DNA from: Candidatus Woesebacteria bacterium
Lineage (GTDB): Bacteria > Patescibacteriota > Microgenomatia > UBA8517
NCBI GenBank assembly: GCA_003484955.1
Contig: DMZH01000003.1
Span: 47,815-111,814, forward strand
Reading direction: 5' to 3'
DNA length: 64,000 bases
In this document: positions 57,745 to 64,000 of the stretch, in pieces
How the letters are laid out: each line of letters starts with the position of its first letter
How positions within the stretch are numbered: position 1 is the first letter of the stretch
Position numbers and translations under genes: made by a program
Notes under the pieces: model-generated
What the model was told of the DNA's origin: nothing
Seen by the model: only the letters and a program-made list of their open reading frames with translations
Database searches by the model: none

Positions 57745-57812
57745 ACCTCGGTTAAATCTGAGGTAGACCACCAGGTCGAAACTTCATAATCGGTTTCCCT
57801 GTGTCTTTCTAA
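57745..57812 (+). promoter_or_regulatory. structured rplK leader (possible L1 autoregulation site)
   Basis: TGATACAAT promoter, then cctcgg/ctgagg and agac..cagg/cctg..gtct stems. Confidence 0.4.
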
Positions 57813-57822
57813 CTAAGTTAAA

Positions 57823-58245
57823 ATGGCAAAAAAGATCAAAACAGTAGTTAAAATCAATCTTAAGGCGGCTGAGGCTACCCCTGCTCCTCCCGTAGGAACA
57901 GCTCTTGGGCAGCACGGAGTTGCCATCATGGATTTTGTCAAACAGTACAACGACAAAACAAAAGACATGAAGGGACAAGTTGTCCCCGCGGTCATCACTA
58001 TTTACGAAGACAGATCATTCGATTTTACAATCAAGAAAGCCCCTGTTTCCGACATGATTAAAAAGGCTTTGGGAATTGAAAAAGGAAGCGGTAAAACCCC
58101 GAGAGAGCCAGCAGGAACCATAACTCACGAGCAGGTCAAAAAGATTGCTGAGGAAAAATTGGTTGATTTAAACACAACTGATGTTGAAGCAGCAGCCAGA
58201 ATTGTTGAAGGAACAGCAAGAAGTATGGGAGTAAAAGTAGAGTAA
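57823..58245 (+). CDS. rplK: 50S ribosomal protein L11
   Basis: ATPAPPVGTALGQHG, GTARSMG. Confidence 0.97.
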   Translation: MAKKIKTVVKINLKAAEATPAPPVGTALGQHGVAIMDFVKQYNDKTKDMKGQVVPAVITIYEDRSFDFTIKKAPVSDMIKKALGIEKGSGKTPREPAGTITHEQVKKIAEEKLVDLNTTDVEAAARIVEGTARSMGVKVE

Positions 58246-58259
58246 AAGACACAAAAATT

Positions 58260-59042
58260 ATGGGAAAAATGAAAACAGCGTTTGTCGGAGAAGACTCCAA
58301 TAAAAAGAAAGAAAAAGAACAAGAAAAGGTTCACTTGGCCGGACTTAAAGGTGGTCAAAAAGTTAAAGTGGTTGAGGCAGCACCCGGCGAAGAGTCCCCG
58401 ATTATTGAAGAAGGAGCTCAGAACACCGAAGTCACCAAAAAATCAAAAAAGATCGAACACATAAGGGGTAAAAAATATAAAGAATCTAAAGCTAAATTTG
58501 ATCATGAAAAATTGTACAAAGTTTCTGAAGCAGTCAAACTTGTAAAAGAAACCTCTTATTCAAAATTTGACGGAACAATGGAACTACACCTTGTTGTCAA
58601 AAAGACGGGAACGTCCATCCAGATTACTCTTCCCCATCAGGCGGGTCGGGTTAAGAAAGTCGAAATCGCCAGTGAAGATACCATTACCAAACTTAAAGAA
58701 GGAAAAATTGATTTTGATATCTTAGTGGCAACACCCGATATGATGCCAAAACTTGTCCCGTTCGCGAAACTTTTAGGACCTAAAGGCCTTATGCCAAATC
58801 CCAAAAATGGAACTTTAATAAACGATCCCAAAAAGGTTAAGTCGTTTTCAACCGCAACGGTTACGTTAAAAACAGAAAGAGAAGCCCCTCTTGTACACAC
58901 TGTAGTCGGCAAAACAATTCAGGCGGATTCAGAGTTGGTTGAAAATCTTGAAGCCATTCTCAAGGCTTTTGGAGGTATAAAACAAATAGAAAAAGCATAT
59001 ATCAAAGCCACAATGGGCCCATCAGTGAAAGTTAAGGTATAA
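58260..59042 (+). CDS. rplA: 50S ribosomal protein L1 with charged N-terminal extension
   Basis: LGPKGLMPNPKNGT, TMGPSVK. Confidence 0.95.
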   Translation: MGKMKTAFVGEDSNKKKEKEQEKVHLAGLKGGQKVKVVEAAPGEESPIIEEGAQNTEVTKKSKKIEHIRGKKYKESKAKFDHEKLYKVSEAVKLVKETSYSKFDGTMELHLVVKKTGTSIQITLPHQAGRVKKVEIASEDTITKLKEGKIDFDILVATPDMMPKLVPFAKLLGPKGLMPNPKNGTLINDPKKVKSFSTATVTLKTEREAPLVHTVVGKTIQADSELVENLEAILKAFGGIKQIEKAYIKATMGPSVKVKV

Positions 59043-59088
59043 CTTTTTGGATTTGATGAATTTTGGTTTTTTGATAAACTATAACCAA

Positions 59089-59289
59089 ATGACAGAAGAA
59101 TCGACGGAAAGAGCCTTTAATCAATTGCCCCAAAAACCGATTTTAACCACCAAGGTGCTGGAAACTCCCGACTCAATTCAGAGAGAGTTTGATGTGGCTA
59201 AACTAAACCCAACTAGACTACAGGAAAAATTGGATGCCCAAAGAAGAATTGAAAAATTAAAAAAGAGTCAAATCGATAATCCCAGTTGA
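59089..59289 (+). CDS. small hypothetical protein
   Basis: 66-aa ORF with TGATAAACT -10-like box upstream. Confidence 0.4.
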   Translation: MTEESTERAFNQLPQKPILTTKVLETPDSIQREFDVAKLNPTRLQEKLDAQRRIEKLKKSQIDNPS

Positions 59290-59319
59290 CTTTGCGCTTC
59301 AAAAATTAGATAATACCTC

Positions 59320-59408
59320 TGTCCTAAGAAAGTATGCTCCAGGCAAAACTTGGCATAAGTCATACCGAGGCAAAAGCGATTTTCGCGCCTCGTGCGCGAT
59401 TTTTTTTG
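59320..59408 (+). promoter_or_regulatory. L10 leader
   Basis: cctaagaaagtatg...taagtcataccgagg core, then gaggc/gcctc hairpin and T-run before rplJ. Confidence 0.65.
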
Positions 59409-59424
59409 GACAAAATATAAAAAT

Positions 59425-59961
59425 ATGAAAAAATTGGAAAAGATAGTATTTGTAGACAATTTAAAAGTTGAGCTAAAAGACGCCAAGTCGGTAATCCTTG
59501 TCAATTATGCAGGACTTGCCGTTAAACCCCAACAAGAACTTAAAAGAAGACTGGCCGAAGTTGGTGGAAAAATGGTTGTTGTTAAAAACACGCTCCTCTC
59601 CCGTGCCGGCGATGCGGCAGGATTTGACAGTAAAAATCTAACCGGCGAAATTCTTTCCGGTCAAACCGCTCTTATTATTGCAACCGACGATCCTGTTGCC
59701 CCAATTCAAGTTTTAGGAAAATTTGCCAAAGAATTTGTCAGTGCAGCCGGCGAATCAGTTCCGAAATTTAAAATCGGTATTGTTGAAGGATTATTCCAGG
59801 ATTCTCAATCTCTCTCTCAAATCTCGCTTCTTCCAGGACGCGATGCACTTCTTGGACAATTCCTTGGAACGTTAATGGGTACCCAATACGGGTTAGTTGG
59901 AACATTGAATGCAAATTTGCAGAAACTGGTTTATGTGTTAGACACAGCCAGTAAAAAGTAA
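59425..59961 (+). CDS. rplJ: 50S ribosomal protein L10
   Basis: YAGL, VVKNTLL, LPGRDALLG. Confidence 0.95.
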   Translation: MKKLEKIVFVDNLKVELKDAKSVILVNYAGLAVKPQQELKRRLAEVGGKMVVVKNTLLSRAGDAAGFDSKNLTGEILSGQTALIIATDDPVAPIQVLGKFAKEFVSAAGESVPKFKIGIVEGLFQDSQSLSQISLLPGRDALLGQFLGTLMGTQYGLVGTLNANLQKLVYVLDTASKK

Positions 59962-59982
59962 GGATCGGAGGTGAATTATTAA

Positions 59983-60387
59983 ATGGCAGAAGAATCTAAA
60001 AAAGTATCAGAAAAAGTTGAAAAGATTGTGGAGGAAGTTTCTAAACTTTCTGTTTTGGAACTTTCCGAACTAGTCACAGCTTTGCAAGACAAGCTTGGTG
60101 TTTCCGCCGCGCTTCCGGTTGCAGCAGCAGCCCCAGCAGCCGCAGGAGAAGCTCCAGCAGAAGATGCCGGCAGTGCTAATAAAACAGTAGTCATGACCGA
60201 TTCCGGTGCAAATAAAATTGCAGTTATTAAGGCTTTGAGGGAAATAAATCCCAACCTAACCTTAATGGATGCCAAAGGAATGACAGACACTGTTCCAGCT
60301 GAAGTTTTGAAAGATGCTAAAGCAGAAGATGCTAAGTCAGCTTCCGACAAACTTACCGCAGCAGGAGCAAAAGTGGAACTTAAATAA
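59983..60387 (+). CDS. rplL: 50S ribosomal protein L7/L12
   Basis: LSVLELSELV, Ala-rich hinge, KIAVIKALRE, AGAKVELK. Confidence 0.97.
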   Translation: MAEESKKVSEKVEKIVEEVSKLSVLELSELVTALQDKLGVSAALPVAAAAPAAAGEAPAEDAGSANKTVVMTDSGANKIAVIKALREINPNLTLMDAKGMTDTVPAEVLKDAKAEDAKSASDKLTAAGAKVELK

Positions 60388-60420
60388 TTTTAATTAATTT
60401 GAAGTTATTGACAGTTCTAC

Positions 60421-60457
60421 AACAAAAGGTCCCGCCAAAAAGGCGGGATTTTTTGTT
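60421..60457. terminator. bidirectional rho-independent terminator
   Basis: aacaaaag gtcccgcc aaaaa ggcgggat tttttgtt. Confidence 0.85.
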
Positions 60458-60547
60458 GGGTAAATTCTTTGCTTCGTATTTTCTTTGGGGTGTGAAAGCC
60501 ACTATCTTTTTATAAAATGAAGGGTAAGTATTATAATCAAAATACTG

Positions 60548-61444
60548 TTAATTAGCCAAATAATCGACTATTTTAGATGCAACATTAATTCCTGTTGATT
60601 CCTCAAATCCTTCAAATTGACAGGCTCTATTTACTTCAAGCACAACCCACTTACCTTCTTCGTTTTTCATAAGATCTATACCACAATAATCCAATTTGAA
60701 AAGTTTTGAAGTTTCTAAAGCAATACTGTTCGCCTCTAAATCTTCTCCGATTTTATATGATTCGACCTTACCTCCTTGCGAATAATTACTCAAAAAGTTC
60801 CCGGGTAGGGCAATTCGTTTCATCGCCCCAACTATTTTTCCATTCAAAACAATAACACGCAAATCTTCAGCTTTGGGTAAAAGTCTTTGGAAAAGAAGGG
60901 TTTTAATTTTAAAGTTCGAATTAAATGTTTTAAAAAGTTTAAGAAGGTCGGAGTCTTCTGATATTTTGAAAACCCCAATTCCACTACTTCCGATAATGTC
61001 CTTAGCGATATACGGATACGCGTCTACACTCCATTTTTTGAGTTCTTCAATTGATGTAAAACTAAAACTCTCGACAACCGGAATGCCTGCCAGGGCTAAA
61101 TTAATATATTGAGTGGTTTTATCTAATGAAGGCCATTTACTAAATGATTTTTCATTTAATAATTTTGATCCTTTTAATTTAGACCACACAATAATCGCAG
61201 TCCGGATTGGATTATATACACTATCCTCCCCCAACCCCCGCAAAAAAATCCCATGAGGGACAGGCATTTCTTCACCTTTTAATTTGAGTTCGAATTCCCC
61301 TGTTGTATAAACAATGTTTATGTCGTTGTATTTAATCACCCGAAGATTGATGTTCTTATTTTTTGCTTCCTCGATCAACCTTTTTGGGGCATAAGCTTTC
61401 GGGCCGTGGGTAAATAGAATAATATCCAAATCAAATTTTTTCAT
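60548..61444 (-). CDS. RimK-family ATP-grasp ligase
   Basis: DK..LALAGIPV, PYIAKDIIGSSGIG, DLRVIV, NYSQGG, GIDLM, LEVN. Confidence 0.88.
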   Translation of the reverse strand: MKKFDLDIILFTHGPKAYAPKRLIEEAKNKNINLRVIKYNDINIVYTTGEFELKLKGEEMPVPHGIFLRGLGEDSVYNPIRTAIIVWSKLKGSKLLNEKSFSKWPSLDKTTQYINLALAGIPVVESFSFTSIEELKKWSVDAYPYIAKDIIGSSGIGVFKISEDSDLLKLFKTFNSNFKIKTLLFQRLLPKAEDLRVIVLNGKIVGAMKRIALPGNFLSNYSQGGKVESYKIGEDLEANSIALETSKLFKLDYCGIDLMKNEEGKWVVLEVNRACQFEGFEESTGINVASKIVDYLAN

Positions 61445-61458
61445 AACTCGCCATTATA

Positions 61459-62400
61459 TTATATTTTTGACGAAAAATTTTGGACAAGTGCATTCAAAAA
61501 ATTATCTCTATTTTTCATCTCCCACTTTGGAAAACCTATCTGATCATTTATCTCAAATATTTTGGGATTGCCATCTTTGTCTATACCAAAATCGAGACTG
61601 AATATCGGGTTGTCGTATTCTTTGTAAAAAATTTTGGAAATTATTTTAACTATTTTCTTAACAGATTCCGGAACCTTGGAATAATCAACCTCCGTTAAAC
61701 TACCTCCCTGAGCAGCATTGGCTAAAAGTGATCCTTCGGCGGGAACTCTTACGTGACACCAAACAGCCTTTCCATTAACTACAACTATTCTTAAATCATG
61801 TCTTCCCGAAGTTATATTAGGAACTCCATTTGAAGTATCAATAAATTCCTGAAGTATGTATTTTTTTCCTTCTTTTTCCGGACTAAAATTTTTCAAATCC
61901 TCTTTTAACCCTATAAAAATCCCCTTGCCACGAAGACCGTCATATGGTTTTAAAACGACATTGTCAGTTGTTATTTTGCTAACTAGTTTAGCAGCGTTTT
62001 TTAAATTTCCTACCCAATACGTTTTGGGCATATAACTCGATAACTTAAGATATGTTTCCCATTTATTACAGGTCAATTCCTTAAACTTTCTGATATTTAC
62101 AACTTTTAGGCTTTTCTCATTTTTGGGTGGGAATAACAAATTTCCTACCCAATCAAAAACTAAATCTAGTCTAACCGTTTCTTCTACTCTCACAAATTTT
62201 CCATTTTTAAATAACCATGCACCATCAAAACCGTTGCCTCCCTTGTACGTTTTTCTGGTAAGAATATATACTTTCCAACCCTCGGCCTGGCATAATTCTA
62301 ATAGCCGAAGATAAACCGGTAATTTCTTCCCGATGTGGCTTAGTGGAGCAACCCCTTCAAAACTTCTGGAAAAACACATTCCAAATCTAATCATTGACAT
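61459..62400 (-). CDS. ATP-grasp protein (YheC/D- or GshB-like)
   Basis: NKWETY, VLKPYDGLRGKGI, ILQEFID, HDLRIV, NAAQGG, FEIN. Confidence 0.82.
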   Translation of the reverse strand: MSMIRFGMCFSRSFEGVAPLSHIGKKLPVYLRLLELCQAEGWKVYILTRKTYKGGNGFDGAWLFKNGKFVRVEETVRLDLVFDWVGNLLFPPKNEKSLKVVNIRKFKELTCNKWETYLKLSSYMPKTYWVGNLKNAAKLVSKITTDNVVLKPYDGLRGKGIFIGLKEDLKNFSPEKEGKKYILQEFIDTSNGVPNITSGRHDLRIVVVNGKAVWCHVRVPAEGSLLANAAQGGSLTEVDYSKVPESVKKIVKIISKIFYKEYDNPIFSLDFGIDKDGNPKIFEINDQIGFPKWEMKNRDNFLNALVQNFSSKI

Positions 62401-63283
62401 TTTCCTTATTTAAAAATTTGGAAACCTCATCAATTTCCGGACTAACGGTTTTATCGTAATTAAATCCTGGCCCCCTATTAACTTCGAGAACAAAAACTTT
62501 TCCTGTTCCTTTTTCAATTGCGATATCAACTCCACCTATTTGAATATTTAAACTTTTTACCGCACTGACCGCGATTTTCTGGATTTCGCGACTTATAGAG
62601 CTAACATCCAGATATTCTTCATTCTGATTTAGATTGGAATAATTTAATTTTAGTGAACTGTAATCTCTTGGAACTTTTGTGTGAACAACTTTTACCGCGT
62701 CTCCCAAAACCAAGAACCTGTATTCACTTTCTAATGGGATATATTTTTGAAAAAGATATTTTGCGGTTCTTTGCTTTTCTCCAATTTTTTTGGGTAACTG
62801 GTCAAACTGTTTCTTATTAGAAATGGAGTAAATTCCGGTCATATGTTGACCAACCAACTCTTTGGCAATGATCGGAAAACCCATTTTGTTAATAATATAG
62901 TCTTCATATCTCTTTATACTTTCGCCCATACAAAAAATTGTTTGCGGCACAGGAATTCCAGCAATCGATAACTTTAAATATGATGTTAGTTTATCCCCCG
63001 AAGCTCCAATTTCACTAAAACTTCTATCAAAATAGGTAATTCCCAATTTATCAAGACATCGGGCAAGACTTCCTGCTAAGGAAAAATGAGAATGGTCTGC
63101 CCTACGGATGTAAACCAATTTATATTCGGTTACATCAATTCCTTTTACAAGAATTTTTATATTCTGCCCATCAACATTGAACATAAGATCTGTGAAACAT
63201 GCAACCTGCGCATTTGCTTCGTTACCAAGAAATTTGACCTTAGGACCAATTTTATCAACAAGAATTAATATTTTTTTCATCAT
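62387..63283 (-). CDS. RimK-family ATP-grasp ligase
   Basis: DKLTSY..AGIPVPQT, FPIIAK, FQKYIP, EYRFLV, GGVDI, LEVNRGPG. Confidence 0.88.
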   Translation of the reverse strand: MMKKILILVDKIGPKVKFLGNEANAQVACFTDLMFNVDGQNIKILVKGIDVTEYKLVYIRRADHSHFSLAGSLARCLDKLGITYFDRSFSEIGASGDKLTSYLKLSIAGIPVPQTIFCMGESIKRYEDYIINKMGFPIIAKELVGQHMTGIYSISNKKQFDQLPKKIGEKQRTAKYLFQKYIPLESEYRFLVLGDAVKVVHTKVPRDYSSLKLNYSNLNQNEEYLDVSSISREIQKIAVSAVKSLNIQIGGVDIAIEKGTGKVFVLEVNRGPGFNYDKTVSPEIDEVSKFLNKENVND

Positions 63284-63296
63284 TTTATGTAAACAC

Positions 63297-64000
63297 TTAG
63301 TTTGTCTGATCGTCTACCTTAACTAAAAAACCCTGAAGATCACGTCGTCCAATAATAAAGATCTTTTTCAAACCTTTTCTGTTTGATACGGAGGCTATTG
63401 TATTAATCCTTCTTCCCGCCAGGTAGAAACTAATATTAATAACCGCTCTTTCCTCAGATCCCAAAGCGCTTTTAAAAACTTTTGTCCAAAGAATATTATT
63501 TTTTTGCAGAAGACCATTATTCTCTGCAAAAGTTTTATCTATTGAGCTTCTCCATGCACCCGTATCGATCTTCGCAGTTACCTCTACTCTGCGTCTTTCT
63601 GGTGTCACAATTTTGACTGTTTCGTCATTTCTGATTGTCTTAATACCCTCTTGAGCGGCCTTTCTGTTCTCAAATCTTCCTGCAAAAAGCGCCTTAGCAA
63701 GCATTACTCCTCGTTCTGCATCGGTAACATCTAGGTCTTCGACCCTTTCCAGTCTCTTTTTAAGTCCCTCCCCATTAGCCAGCTGAATTTGAAGCCCGGG
63801 TTGAGCGTTAAGTTCCAAAACCATAGGGCCTTTTTCCGGATGAATTACAATATCAACCCCTAAATATCCCAAATGCGAAGCTTCCTGGGCTCTGACCGCA
63901 GTTTCCAAAACCGCATCCCAACCGGGTATTTTTATTCCCCGAAGTTTACGTTCTGTCCCCGGTTTGAATACAATTTCCTCTCCATGCCAAATAGCTTTTG
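63297..64000 (-). CDS. alpha-L-glutamate ligase-like ATP-grasp protein fused to a C-terminal aspartyl-protease (RimB-like) domain; 5'-truncated by window edge
   Basis: LGYLGVDIV, LELNAQPGLQIQLAN, then AKIDTGAWRSSID and IIGRRDL. Confidence 0.82.
   Translation of the reverse strand, partial: KAIWHGEEIVFKPGTERKLRGIKIPGWDAVLETAVRAQEASHLGYLGVDIVIHPEKGPMVLELNAQPGLQIQLANGEGLKKRLERVEDLDVTDAERGVMLAKALFAGRFENRKAAQEGIKTIRNDETVKIVTPERRRVEVTAKIDTGAWRSSIDKTFAENNGLLQKNNILWTKVFKSALGSEERAVINISFYLAGRRINTIASVSNRKGLKKIFIIGRRDLQGFLVKVDDQTN

Noticed and set aside
1-64000. CRISPR array, rRNA, intact transposase or integrase, prophage genes
   Set aside because: No regularly spaced 25-45-nt repeats, no rRNA-like sequence and no such protein motifs were seen
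1-64000. Alternative genetic code (UGA as Gly/Trp)
   Set aside because: TGA terminates intact genes such as recR, ybeY and mreB, and core genes read through fully under code 11

Overview
64 kb of a reduced-genome bacterial chromosome that looks like Patescibacteria/CPR (Microgenomates-like): genetic code 11, dense gene packing, and many extended -10 boxes placed just before start codons. Most of it is housekeeping. Translation genes: hisS, cysS, proS, rpsB-tsf-frr, rpsF-ssb-rpsR, secE-nusG-rplKAJL, def-fmt. Replication and repair genes: dnaX-ybaB-recR, topA, dprA, rnhB. Also present are a folate/thymidylate module, mreB-PBP2, four tRNAs, a probable 6S RNA and ribosomal-protein leaders. The accessory parts are the most interesting. 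(1) A ~4 kb island (radical SAM, methyltransferase, HPr-kinase-like protein, NUDIX) appears inserted at the 5' end of ychF and leaves a diverged orphan ychF start. (2) After tRNA-Trp, single genes are separated by related att-like scars. (3) Four tandem ATP-grasp ligases (one fused to an aspartyl protease) lie at the right edge, plus a separate Ddl-like/C39-like pair. (4) Two short 5'-end duplications carry hairpins: one before tRNA-Thr(GGT) and one forming a coupled uORF before a response regulator. No CRISPR array, rRNA or intact integrase/transposase was seen. All protein calls come from recognising motifs by eye; no database searches were run.
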